From NCBI GenBank assembly GCA_963812605.1, contig CAWEWF010000004.1, forward strand, positions 362,143-426,142: DNA of 64,000 nt, written 5' to 3'. Position numbers and translations under genes: made by a program. The stretch is from an uncultured Verrucomicrobiae bacterium (GTDB lineage Bacteria; Verrucomicrobiota; Verrucomicrobiia; Palsa-1439). The notes under the pieces were generated by a model. That model saw only the letters and a list, made by a program, of their open reading frames with translations. It was not told where the DNA came from and did not search any database. Below, in pieces: positions 52,711 through 63,351 of this stretch; position 1 is the first letter of the stretch; each line of letters opens with the position of its first letter.

Positions 52711-54171
52711 TCACTCGTTGTGGGGGATTTTGACCGTACTCTTGCCGACAAATTCGCGGATGACAGAGTCGCCGGGAATGACCTCGTAGGAATCCACCTG
52801 TTCGCGGCTGAATCCCTCGACCGATTCGAGCAGGCGCTTCACGCGGTCGTAGCGAATGCGGGCGTCGAGGAAGCCGCCATACGGCCCAAAAGTTTCCGCC
52901 GGTGGCAGATACCCGTCGGGTCCCGCAAAGAACGGCTTCAGCGCAGCCAGATCGAACGGCAGGCCGCCGTTGACGATGTGGTCGGCCAGCCCCATCAGTG
53001 GGACGATGCTGAACAATTCCCCGGCGCGCACGTAGTGCCAGTGCAACATCGTCGAGAGCGGACTGTGATTGCGATGTTGCACGTCGCGCAGCATGCGGCG
53101 AATCAACCGCACATCCGTAAACTTGGTCAGCCGATTGGTGCTGCCATCGCCTTCATAGAGGACATTAAGCGTCTCGATGTACAAGCGGAATTGCGTCGTC
53201 GGGTCGATCTCCTCGGTGATCGGCGGATAAAAACCGTGGAGGCAATCCAGCAGCAGGATCTGCCCCTTCTCCAGCTTGACCGGCTTGGAGGAAACCCGCC
53301 GGCCTTCCTTGAAGCTGTACACCGGTTTCTCGATCGTCTTGCCGTCGAGCAAATCCCGCAAATGCCGATTGAGCAACTGGATGTCGAGCGCCTCGGGCGT
53401 TTCGAAATTGCGGTCGTTGATCCAGTCGGACGGATGCTCGATCAGCGCCCAGAAATAATCGTCGAGGTTCAACATGAGGAACTGCAGGCCCTGCTTCCGC
53501 AGCCGCTCGGTCAGTTTCACGGTCGTCGTGGTCTTGCCCGACGAACTCGGGCCGCTGACCCACATCATGCGGAGGTCGTCGCCCGCGTTCAGTCGCGCGA
53601 TCACCTTGCGCGCCGCTTCATCCAGCGACGCCTCGTACAGGGCGAGCGACTCATCGATCAGCGACTTGAATTTGCCGCCGCGCACGACTTCATTCAGGCC
53701 CGCCACCGTGTCGCACCCGCGCTGCCGGTTCCACTCCAGCGTCTTTTCCATGCGCTTCCGCGGAAAACCGTTCCCGACGAATTGCGTTTCGGTGATCGCG
53801 CCCTCGCGGAACCAATGGCGGCCCCAGCGATAGCATTCGTAGGCATCCGCCGTGTTCTGGAACCCGTAACTGCGCAACGCGTGCAGCACGCCGTCCTGGA
53901 TCGTTTCAATGGTCGGCGGAAAATTCGCGATGAGATGATGCGGATCGGAGTTAAGACAGAGCACGACGATGTCCGCGATAAATTCCGCGATCTTTTCGTC
54001 CGTGTCGTACGCCTCGAAAATCTTGTCGTTGATCCCCGGCAGATGGTCCTGCCGAAAACCGCCAATCGAATCCGCCGCCCGCAGGACCGCCTTGCAAATG
54101 CGCTCCTCGTCAAAGGACACGAGCGCCCGATTGCGCTTTTGCACTTTGATGATGCGGTTCTGGATTGCCAT
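52711..54171 (-). CDS. ATP-cone plus uridine kinase/PRK-family P-loop kinase
   Basis: VQKRN...FDEERICKAV; GPSSSGKTT, LDDYF, RLIRRMLRD. Confidence 0.85.
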   Translation of the reverse strand: MAIQNRIIKVQKRNRALVSFDEERICKAVLRAADSIGGFRQDHLPGINDKIFEAYDTDEKIAEFIADIVVLCLNSDPHHLIANFPPTIETIQDGVLHALRSYGFQNTADAYECYRWGRHWFREGAITETQFVGNGFPRKRMEKTLEWNRQRGCDTVAGLNEVVRGGKFKSLIDESLALYEASLDEAARKVIARLNAGDDLRMMWVSGPSSSGKTTTTVKLTERLRKQGLQFLMLNLDDYFWALIEHPSDWINDRNFETPEALDIQLLNRHLRDLLDGKTIEKPVYSFKEGRRVSSKPVKLEKGQILLLDCLHGFYPPITEEIDPTTQFRLYIETLNVLYEGDGSTNRLTKFTDVRLIRRMLRDVQHRNHSPLSTMLHWHYVRAGELFSIVPLMGLADHIVNGGLPFDLAALKPFFAGPDGYLPPAETFGPYGGFLDARIRYDRVKRLLESVEGFSREQVDSYEVIPGDSVIREFVGKSTVKIPHNE

Positions 54172-54307
54172 GCGTTGCCGCTCTCCCAGCGCTCCAACTA
54201 TAACATGGCGGCCTGGGCTCGACAATAACCTTGACGCCTCCCCTTCCCTTCTGTTACTTGCGCGTCCAATCGGGCGTTCCAGCGGGACAACGACAGGAGG
54301 CTGACAA

Positions 54308-54967
54308 ATGGATAAACTCTCAAAATGCGTCGCGGAAGCCATCGGCACGTTCGCCCTCATCTTCATCGGCATTGGCGCCATTTACGCCAGTAACGAGCAC
54401 CACATGGATCTGCTCGGTGTCGCGTTGGCCCACGGCCTGACCATCGCCGTCATGGTCTCCGCTACCGGTGGCATCTCCGGCGGCCACCTCAATCCCGCCG
54501 TGACTTTCGGCCGCTTGTGCGGCGGCAAGATCGACCTCAAGGGCGCCATCAGCTACTGGGTTTCGCAACTCGATCGGCGCTACCATCGCCGCATTTGTCT
54601 GCCTCGCCCTGTTCAACCCGGCCATGGTCGATAGACGGAACACCGCAACTTGGCGGCACCACGACGGCAGCTGCCGGCATCATCATCGAAGCCATCACCA
54701 CCTTCTTCCTCGTGTTCGTCGTGTACGGAACGGCCATCGATCCGCGCGCGCCGAAAATCGGCGGCCTCGCCATCGGCTTGACCATCACCATCGGCATCCT
54801 CTTTGCCGGGCCGTTGACTGGCGGGCGCGATCAATCCCGCCCGCGTGTTCGGCCCCGCGCTTGCCGTCAGCAACTGGACCAATCATTACGTGTACTGGGT
54901 CGGCCCCATGCTCGGCGGCGCCCTGGCCGGCATCACCTACAAAACATTTCTTTTGGGCAAGAGTTAA
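54308..54967 (+). CDS. MIP family aquaporin (frameshifted)
   Basis: [10 protein letters not shown]; second NPAR...GPA, YWVGP. Confidence 0.9.
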
Positions 54968-54996
54968 AAAACTATCGGGCCGCCAGGAAAATAACC

Positions 54997-55383
54997 GTGG
55001 TATCGTTCTTGATCTTTTGGTTCATCACCTTCGCGTCTCTCGCTGTGACGGTGGGTTCGCTCTCGTGGATTTACAACGTGCTCGGGGGAGACTTGGGGCT
55101 TTCGGGATGGAAACGGGAAGCGGTCATCGTCGCGGTCGTCTCATCCCTGCAGGCGTTTCTCTTCTGGCTTTCCATCTCGCTGGGCGTCGGCGTGGGCAGG
55201 ATGTTTTTCCTGGCGGCTGTCGGGCTCTTTGTCTTCTACAAAGCCACGCATTCCTCCAGCAGCCTGTTCGAGGGCACCTACGCCATGGACAACGGCGCCA
55301 TCTTCGCCATCGCCGCCGTCCAATTCGCCATTCTGTTCGGCCTCGGAATCCTGCTCGCCATTGCCGTCGGCAGAGCGCACTGA
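54997..55383 (+). CDS. small multi-TM membrane protein
   Basis: Hydrophobic 128-aa ORF, artificially fused to an aquaporin frame in the ORF track. Confidence 0.6.
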   Translation: MVSFLIFWFITFASLAVTVGSLSWIYNVLGGDLGLSGWKREAVIVAVVSSLQAFLFWLSISLGVGVGRMFFLAAVGLFVFYKATHSSSSLFEGTYAMDNGAIFAIAAVQFAILFGLGILLAIAVGRAH

Positions 55384-55394
55384 TCCGCGGCTCA

Positions 55395-55480
55395 GATGGG
55401 TGTCAGCCTTCCGAAAACGCCTAGTCGAAATCGTAGCCGCCCTGGAAATCTTCCTTGCGATCTTCACGGCACATCCCAAG
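55395..55480 (-). repeat. degenerate duplicate of the 3' end of the Minf_1886-like gene
   Basis: 70/86 identical, ungapped, to 56134-56219. Confidence 0.85.
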
Positions 55481-55540
55481 AGTTGAGCGGACTGCCTCCA
55501 GGGGATTGCTTTGGAGCCGAAGGTCTGGTAAATTCATTTC

Positions 55541-55738
55541 ATGAAGCGGGCGGTTCAAATGCGAACGTATGAAGAATACGCGAACCAGTTCATCGCGACG
55601 AATCAACGGACTGGCCGGGTGATCGCACATTCGCCATCCATTCGGAAGTTGTACGAGCAGTTGAAACGAAAGCGGGCCGACCTGACCAAGACCGTTGTCG
55701 AAAAAATCCCCGCGCGCGATGTCGTCTGCATCTATTGA
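55541..55738 (+). CDS. small DUF5678-like protein
   Basis: YANQFIA...GRVIAHSPS; overlaps the protease gene. Confidence 0.6.
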   Translation: MKRAVQMRTYEEYANQFIATNQRTGRVIAHSPSIRKLYEQLKRKRADLTKTVVEKIPARDVVCIY

Positions 55739-56135
55739 GTTCCCTTATTCACGGCGACCGGGACGGCACCACACCGTCTTAATCCCTGCCATCCCCGCAG
55801 AAGTGCAGTTGCCATTTGGATTTCATCCCATTCGCCCGCTCCTCGACTCCAGCGCGGACTGTACGATGCTCCCGCGGCACATCGGGCACTTGATCGGCCT
55901 GGACTTTGCGCGCCTGCCGATGCGGAACATCACCGGCATCGAAGGCCGCAGCATCCGTGGCTCCAAAGCTTTCGTCCGCCTGCGCCTTGGCAAGCTGTTA
56001 CTCCCTCCGATCCCGTGCATCTACATCGATTCCGATAGTGCACCGCTATTACTCGGTCGCGAAGGCTTTTTCGATCTCTTCAATATCCTGCTCGACAACC
56101 GCCGCAAGAAAGTCGTCCTGACGCCATTGTTCTGA
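55719..56135 (+). CDS. retropepsin-like aspartyl protease
   Basis: LLDSSADCTMLP; LLGREGFF. Confidence 0.75.
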   Translation: MSSASIEFPYSRRPGRHHTVLIPAIPAEVQLPFGFHPIRPLLDSSADCTMLPRHIGHLIGLDFARLPMRNITGIEGRSIRGSKAFVRLRLGKLLLPPIPCIYIDSDSAPLLLGREGFFDLFNILLDNRRKKVVLTPLF

Positions 56136-56141
56136 CGGGCG

Positions 56142-56673
56142 TCAGCGTTCCGGAAACGCTTCGTCGAAATCGTAGCCGCCTTGGAAATCTTCGCGGTGAT
56201 CTTCGGGGCGTTTCCCAAGCAAACCAGCCTCCACCAAATTGAAAACAATCTCACCGAAATCCTCGCAGCTCAAGACACCCCACTCATTCAAATGCGCTTT
56301 CGCATCTTTCTCGAAACGCAAAAGAGCGAAGATGCGTAAAACCTCCAGGAGTTCCTTACCGGTAACGTGCCGAGAATGTCATGGGTCTCATAACTGGGTT
56401 TCTCATAAGCAAGGCTTTGTCCAAGAGCTTCTTCTCACAAATTCATATGCCCGCAATGTCCATATCGCTGATCACGCGCAACAATCTTCGCGACCCGCTC
56501 GCGAAAAAACGATTTGGAGACTCGAAGTGGCGCAAGTCGGGGGCGCCTCTGACATCGCGGCATCGCGACTGCACTCTTCACACAGATGACTTTTCTTCAT
56601 ACTCGACCATCAACAATTATGCGACAAAGATGCACCGTGGCTTCTCGCAGTTCCTGACATCTTTCGCAAACAT
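56142..56673 (-). CDS. Minf_1886 / Verrucomicrobia-Planctomycetes-restricted family protein with Cys-rich N-terminus (heavily frameshifted, absent from ORF track)
   Basis: Manual translation: HVTGKELLE...EWGVLSCEDFGEIVFNLVEAGLLGKRPEDHREDFQGGYDFDEAF. Confidence 0.75.
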
Positions 56674-56680
56674 AATGCTT

Positions 56681-59226
56681 CTACTCCTTCGGCTTCCCGC
56701 CGAACAAATACATCTGCGGGGCTTCTTTCACGTCCCCTTTCCCTTTCCTCCTTCGCCCTTTTTCGGTCGCTTCGCCAGCTTCGGTTGGCCTTCCGCGGAA
56801 AGCTCGGCTTCTTCCAGATTGCCGAGGACTTCCTTGGCGCGGGCGAGGACTTCTTTCGGCAGACCGGCGAGGCGCGCGACCTGGATGCCGTAGCTCTTGT
56901 CCGTGCCGCCGGGGAGGATCTTGTGGAGAAAGATCACCTGGTCCTGCCATTCGCGGACGGCGACGTTGTAGTTTTTCACGCGCGGCATCGTGGCGGCGAG
57001 TTCCGTGAGTTCGTGGTAATGCGTGGCGAACAGGGTCTTCGCGCCGACGCCGTTGTGCAAATGCTCGGCGACCGCCCAGGCGATGCTCAAGCCGTCGAAC
57101 GTGCTCGTGCCGCGCCCGATTTCGTCGAGCACGATGAGGCTGCGCGCCGTGGCGTTGTTGAGGATGTTCGCGGTTTCATTCATCTCGACCATGAACGTGC
57201 TTTGCCCGCGCGCGAGGTCGTCGTTCGCGCCTACGCGCGTGAAAATGCGGTTCACCAGCCCAACTGTCGCCCGCGCCGCGGGAATGTACGAGCCGACCTG
57301 CGCCATCAGCACCAGCAGCGCCACCTGCCGGATATATGTGCTCTTGCCCGCCATGTTCGGCCCGGTGATGATGAGAATCTGCTGTTCCCGGTTGTCGAGC
57401 AACGTGTCGTTCGGGACGAACCGCTCTTCAATCAACGTCTGCTCCAGCACCGGGTGCCGTCCATCGACGAACTCAATCCGGTCCCCATCATTAATGACAG
57501 GACGACAGTAGCCCTGGTGCCGCGCCAACTCCGCCAGCCCCGCCAGCACATCGAGCGCGGCGATGGCCGAAGCCGATTCCTGGATCGGCGCCGACTTCTC
57601 GACCGCCGCCGCGCGAATCTGCTGGAAGATCTCGTACTCGAGCGCGTTGGCCCGCTCTTCCGCGCCGAGAATCTTGTGCTCCATCTCTTTCAACTCGGGC
57701 GTGACGAACCGTTCGCCGTTGGCAATGGTCTGCTTGCGAATATAATCGTCGGGCGCCTTGTCGAGATTCGCCTTGGTGATCTCAATGTAATAACCGAACA
57801 CGGAATTGAAGCGCACTTTCAACGAGGCGATGCCCGTCCGTTCGATTTCTTTTTGTTGCAGCGCGGCAATCCACGCCTTGCCTTCCAATCCCGCCCGCCG
57901 GAATTCGTCCAGCTCTGCGTGGTAACCCGGCTGGATAAGTCCGCCCTCTTTTAACGCCAGCGGCGGCGCGTCCGCAATGGCGCGCGCAATGAGGTCGACC
58001 AGTTCCGGTAACTCGGTGATCTGCGCGGTCAATTGGTCGAGGAATTCCGTCCCGCCCAGCACCGAGGCCAGCGTCTTCTTCAGCTTCGGCACGGCGGTCA
58101 GCGATTCCTTCAGCACGATGAGGTCGCGCGCGTTGCCGTTGCCGACGCTGAGCCGCGCGAGCGTCCGCTCCATGTCGCGCACCGCCTGAAGCTGCTCGCG
58201 AAAATCCGCCAGCACGTGCGGCCTGTCGCAAAACGTCGCGATCACCCCTTGCCGCGCCTGGATCTGCGCCACGTTTTTCAGCGGTCGCGTCAGCCATTCG
58301 CGCAGCAGCCGCGCTCCCATCGGCGTAAGCGTGCGATCGAGACAGCCAATCAATGTGTGTTTGCGGTCGGAGCGCGGAGACTCGAGCAGCTCCAGATTCC
58401 GCTGCGTCGTTGCGTCGAGGACCATGAATTCATTAATGCTGTAAACGGTGAGCCGATGAATATGCGCGGTGCTGTGCCGCAATGCTTGCTGGAGATAATG
58501 GAGCGCCGCGCCGGCCGCCCCGATGCCGACGGTCAACTCGCTCGCGCCAAAGCCGTCGAGCGATTGCGTTTTGAAATGGTCGCGCAACGTGAAGAAGGCC
58601 GTCTCGCGTTCGAATGTCCAGCCGTCATGCGGTGTCAGCGCCTGGATGCCCAAGGGCGCCAATATCTGCTTCGCCTCGGCGAGCCATTCGACCGGCACGA
58701 TGATCTCCGCGGGACGGATTCGCGTGAGTTCGTTCTGGAGTTGTTCCACATTGGAAAGCTCGGTCACCTTGAAATCGCCCGTCGTCAAATCCACCAGCGC
58801 GAGCCCAAACTTGCCGTCGCCACAAATTGCCGCCAGAAAATTGTTTCGCTCCGCCTGCAAGAGGTGGGTGTCGAAGTGCGTGCCGGGACTGAGGATTTGC
58901 GTAACGTCGCGCTTGACGAGTTTGCCGGGCTGCGCTTCTTCGAGTTGGTCACAGATGGCGACCTTGCGCCCCTGCTTGAGCAACTTGCCGATGTACGCTT
59001 CGGCGGCATGGTGCGGGATGCCGCACATCGGGGTGCCATGGCGGCTGGTGAGCGCGAGGTTGAGCAGTTGCGAAGCGGTTTTCGCGTCGTCGAAGAACAT
59101 CTCGTAAAAATCGCCCAGACGAAACAACAGCAGCGCATCGGGCGGAATCTGGTGTTTCACGCGCCGATACTGCTGCATCATGGGCGTCAGACCGTCGCCC
59201 GTTGAGTCGGATTTCGCACTCGCCAT
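56681..59226 (-). CDS. mutS: DNA mismatch repair protein MutS (frameshift in the last codons)
   Basis: TPMMQQY, GDFYEMF, TGPNMAGKS, DEIGRGTS; shifted tail carries the clamp motif QMYLF. Confidence 0.97.
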
Positions 59227-59613
59227 CGCGGGGGGATTATAGCGGCGGACTCCGGGGGGTCACGTCCTAAAACACGAAGACCGAATTTCCACAGAATGGA
59301 AACTCGGTCCCGCGTTTATTGCTCGAACCGCTCTCTGTCTGGCGCGCGTCGATCGTTCAACGCTTGTTGCTCAGTGCGTGTTCTTCCGTGCGTCGGAAGC
59401 AGATCGTTCCGCAACCACGTCACGGATGGGTTGGCCTCCTGTAAACCACCGGGCATCCCCCAACCCGGCATGGTTCCTTTTAGCACCAGCCCTGCCAACT
59501 TCCCAAATCACGTAAAATCAAGAGACTCGCCACGGACCTGGGGCAGGAACGTCCGTTGCACCGGCCAAAAAGGGCGCACGATTGGACAAAAATGTCGGGG
59601 TCAGCCCGACAAC

Positions 59614-60013
59614 CTAACGCTGGAGTACATCCCGAACAGCGTTGCGCAGTTGCTGGACGTTCGAACGGTTTCTCAATCAGTTGATTGCCCGTGCGCCAGA
59701 CAAAGTCGCTGAAGCCGGCCTTGCGGGATGGTTGGCCGGTCACGAAGAGGAACCGATCGGCCAGGTAGGGATAGTCCCGCACCACGTCATTATAGAGGGC
59801 TTCGCCATCCACGCGCGGCATCATCAAGTCGCAAAGAACCGCGTCGTAGTCGCTGGTGCGCAAGCGGTCCATCGCCTCCATGCCATTGGCCGCGATATCG
59901 ACCTCGCAGTTCTCGTAGGTCAACACCTCGCCCAGCAACACCGCCAAATCGTGGTCGTCGTCAACCACCAGGACGCGATGGATCATTCGCTTTGGCCGCT
60001 GGTCTTCCGGCAT
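59614..60013 (-). CDS. single-domain response regulator (frameshift after KPFE)
   Basis: VLVVDDD, CDLMMP, KPF; shifted end VQQLRNAVRDVLQR*. Confidence 0.85.
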
Positions 60014-60154
60014 GGCACCTGAACGTAGCCCCATCACTGCCCCTGTTCAACGACTTTCCTGCGCTAAACCGGTGGGACACTGCCCGGAGCGGCAGCCACC
60101 GTTTCGGTTTGCGCTTGTCCAGGGATTATCCATCCCCTAGCCTGTTTGGACTTC

Positions 60155-61678
60155 ATGCGAGTGCCCCTGCTTCCTCAAAACCCAGCGACCGAAAAGCCTG
60201 CCGGCGACGCGGCAAAAACAGCCTGTGTACACGTCCCCATCCTGCTCGGTTTACTGTTATGCGTGATCGTGACCTACTACCCGGTCGTGACCGCCACGTA
60301 TGGTTTCACCGATGATTATCGCAAGCTGCAAGAGGCGGCGATGGGCGGACGGGAGCTTTGGAGACACCAGGTTTCCGAGGGGCGTCCGCTAATGGGCATC
60401 ATCCAGGTGGTCCTTCTTCCGCTGGCCGGCACGGTGGATCGCCTCCGCTGGGTGCGCGCGATTAATTTGGCCAGCCTTTGCGTCCTGGCGGTGGCGATTT
60501 ATTTTGCACTCGGCCGATTGGGCTTTGCCAATGCGCTGGCCGCCGCGTTTTCCCTGGGCATCGCGGCCCTGCCGTGTTTTCAAATCTGCACCTCCTGGGC
60601 CGGCATGACCGTCGTCCCCTTCGCCGCCACCGTCGCGGGGGCTGCGGCGTGGCTCGCGCTGACATTGGCTGACGACCTGAAACCAGCCGCGCGCCTGTTC
60701 CGTGGGGGTCTGGCGGGTGTGGCCCTGCTCGCGTCGCTCATGATTTATCAGCCCGCCGGGATGTTTTTTGGGGTGGTCGTGGCGATGGTGCTCTTGACCT
60801 CGCGGCAAACAATCAACACTGCGGTCCGCAAGTTCTCCTTCTGCCTCGCCATCAGCGCCGGCCCGATCCTCGCCGAATTCATCGTGTTCAAAATCGGCGC
60901 GGCCGCCTATGGCCCGAGTGACGCAATGCGCGCGGGGCTAACTCCCGATGCGCTCGGGAAGGTAATCTGGTTTCTGCGGAAACCTCTCCGGAATGCGCTT
61001 AATCTTGACGCACTTCATCCTTCACTGGATTTCGCCATCATCGCGGTAGTTTTCATCGCGAGCGGGCTGGTCCTCTACTTCGTCGGTTCCTGGAAACAGC
61101 GCGCCGCGATGTTGGGGATTGCACTTGCGCTGCTGCCTCTCTCGTACCTGCCGAATCTGGCCGCCCAGGACAGCTTTGGCTCGCATCGCACACAAGTGGC
61201 CCTGACCCCATTGCTGGCTTTTTACTTTCTTCTGGCGCTGCGTGGTTATCTCGGCGCCCTCTCAGTATTCTCGCGCCAGTCCCGTGAACAACTTCTGCTC
61301 TGCGTGGTCAGCGGGTGGGCAATCGTGTCCGCCTGCTTCGCCCGATACAATGTGGTCCATTATATGACCGGACCCCAGGCCATCGAGTATCGGTTGGTGA
61401 AGAGCCAGTTACAGAAGATCGATCCCGCCGACACCGCCATCTATTTCATCCCCGCGGCATTGTCTGACCGGCTTACCGAGTTCTATTATTACGACGAATT
61501 TGGCACTCCCTCATCTTTCAAAGTTTGGGCGCAAGAGGGGATGGTGAAATGCGGTCTGCGGGACATTGGGCGGGATGCGATAGGCGTGAAGGTCATCCCG
61601 GTGACCCCGGAACAATTGCCGCAGCTCCCCGCCCACGCCGCGGTGGTTGACATGCGACAGCTCAAGCAGTTCCGCTGA
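60155..61678 (+). CDS. GtrII-like membrane glycosyltransferase, paralog of 20904-22421
   Basis: Shared DDY, GRP, YQP, LSYLPNL, YDEFG and DMRxLxQFR. Confidence 0.72.
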   Translation: MRVPLLPQNPATEKPAGDAAKTACVHVPILLGLLLCVIVTYYPVVTATYGFTDDYRKLQEAAMGGRELWRHQVSEGRPLMGIIQVVLLPLAGTVDRLRWVRAINLASLCVLAVAIYFALGRLGFANALAAAFSLGIAALPCFQICTSWAGMTVVPFAATVAGAAAWLALTLADDLKPAARLFRGGLAGVALLASLMIYQPAGMFFGVVVAMVLLTSRQTINTAVRKFSFCLAISAGPILAEFIVFKIGAAAYGPSDAMRAGLTPDALGKVIWFLRKPLRNALNLDALHPSLDFAIIAVVFIASGLVLYFVGSWKQRAAMLGIALALLPLSYLPNLAAQDSFGSHRTQVALTPLLAFYFLLALRGYLGALSVFSRQSREQLLLCVVSGWAIVSACFARYNVVHYMTGPQAIEYRLVKSQLQKIDPADTAIYFIPAALSDRLTEFYYYDEFGTPSSFKVWAQEGMVKCGLRDIGRDAIGVKVIPVTPEQLPQLPAHAAVVDMRQLKQFR

Positions 61679-61797
61679 CCCGTCCGTGTGTATTCGAATT
61701 CGCGACGGCAAGGTCCTGTCGCCCCGTGCTGGAAAATGCGTTGCGCCAGCGACTGTGCCGTGACAAATTTAAGGCAGCCTTGTCTATATATTCCCAA

Positions 61798-63177
61798 ATG
61801 GTCCCTGCCGTCCGCGTCATTTGTTTGGCGACACTGTTATCCGCGTTTTCCTTCCGCACTGAGGCGGAGGATTTCACCAATGCCATCTCTCCACCCTACT
61901 ACATGGTTCACTATGAAGGTTCGACGAAGGAAGGTGAATTAAAACTCGGCGCGACCTATACGGTGTGGATACCGCCGAGCGTGAAGATTCTGCGTGGCGT
62001 GATCGTGCATCAACATGGTTGCGGCGAACCCGCCTGCAAAGGCGGAGCGACCGCGGCCTACGACCTGCACTGGCAGGCGCTGGCACGCAAGCAGGGATGC
62101 GCGTTGCTGGGGCCGTCGTATGAACAGACTGGCAAGAACGATTGCGGTTTGTGGTGCGATCCGCGCAACGGCTCGGAGAAAAGATTCCTCCAGTCCCTCG
62201 CGAATCTTGCGAAGCAGTCAAATCATCCGGAACTGGAGACGGTGCCCTGGGCGTTGTGGGGACATTCCGGCGGAGCGGGTTGGGTGGGAGACATGCTTTT
62301 ACTTCATCCCGATCGCACCGCCGCCGTTTGGTTGCGTTCCGAGGTGCCGACAAGTTTATTGTGGTTGAACATGAACGGCCCCTTGCAAGAACGGCCTTTG
62401 GAAATCTCCGCGGCAACCTACGGGGTGCCGATAATGTGCAACCTCGGCACGCAGGAAGGCGTGACCGTTAAAACCGACAAGTTTGCCGTCGTTTGGGACT
62501 GGGTGCAGCCCTTTTTCAAAGCGTTCCGTGCGAAAGGCAGTCTCATCGGTGTCGCCGTGGATCCGAACAGCAGTCACGATTGCGGAAACTCGCGTTATCT
62601 GGCAATTCTCTGGTTTGACGCGTGTCTCACCGCCCGGTTGCCGGAGAAAGCCGGCGACGCCAGGTTGAAGCCAATGCCTACGGACGGCGCGTGGCTTGCG
62701 CCCTTGCTCGGCAAAGAAGCACAACCGGCTGCGAGATTTCCAGGAGATGCAAAGACTGCCGTTTGGCTTCCGAATCAACGCGTGGCGAAAGCCTGGGTCG
62801 AGTACGTGAAAAACGGCGACGTGAACGATTCGACGCCGCCACCGGCGCCAACCAATGTGCGCGTCAGCCCGGCCGGCGAGTTGAGTTGGGAGGCCGAAGC
62901 CGACCTGGAGAGCGGCATTGCCGCATTTATCATTGAACGCGATGGCGTGAAAATCGCCCGCCTTCCGGAGAAGAACTCGGGTTACTTTGTCGGCCGCCCA
63001 GTATTCCAACGAATCGGCTATGGCGACACGCCGACACCACCGCTCCCTGAAATGCGTTACACCGATAATACGGCAAAGAAAGGCGAGAAACACCGCTACG
63101 CGGTGCGCACCGTAAACAGCGTTGGCCTGGAGTCTGAATCCAGCGTGCCAGTGGAGGGGAAGAAACTTAAAAACTGA
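61798..63177 (+). CDS. secreted alpha/beta hydrolase with C-terminal FN3-like domain
   Basis: GHSGG nucleophile elbow; PPAPTNV...YAVRTVN. Confidence 0.75.
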   Translation: MVPAVRVICLATLLSAFSFRTEAEDFTNAISPPYYMVHYEGSTKEGELKLGATYTVWIPPSVKILRGVIVHQHGCGEPACKGGATAAYDLHWQALARKQGCALLGPSYEQTGKNDCGLWCDPRNGSEKRFLQSLANLAKQSNHPELETVPWALWGHSGGAGWVGDMLLLHPDRTAAVWLRSEVPTSLLWLNMNGPLQERPLEISAATYGVPIMCNLGTQEGVTVKTDKFAVVWDWVQPFFKAFRAKGSLIGVAVDPNSSHDCGNSRYLAILWFDACLTARLPEKAGDARLKPMPTDGAWLAPLLGKEAQPAARFPGDAKTAVWLPNQRVAKAWVEYVKNGDVNDSTPPPAPTNVRVSPAGELSWEAEADLESGIAAFIIERDGVKIARLPEKNSGYFVGRPVFQRIGYGDTPTPPLPEMRYTDNTAKKGEKHRYAVRTVNSVGLESESSVPVEGKKLKN

Positions 63178-63293
63178 TCGGAATGATTTTGGCTGACCGC
63201 GTGGCACTGGCGCCGGCGTCGCCCGCGCTAGTGCTGCGACACAGTTCATTCGATGGGCAGAGCGCGGTGGCCCGCCGCGCCAGCGCGGAATCG

Positions 63294-63320
63294 CGGACGG
63301 CTCGGCGAGCCGTCCCTACC
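63294..63320 (-). repeat. GTAG-type REP-like element
   Basis: GGTAGGGACGGCTCGCCGAGCCGTCCG. Confidence 0.65.
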
Positions 63321-63351
63321 AACGACCCTGCAAATGAAGCGTGTCGCACCA

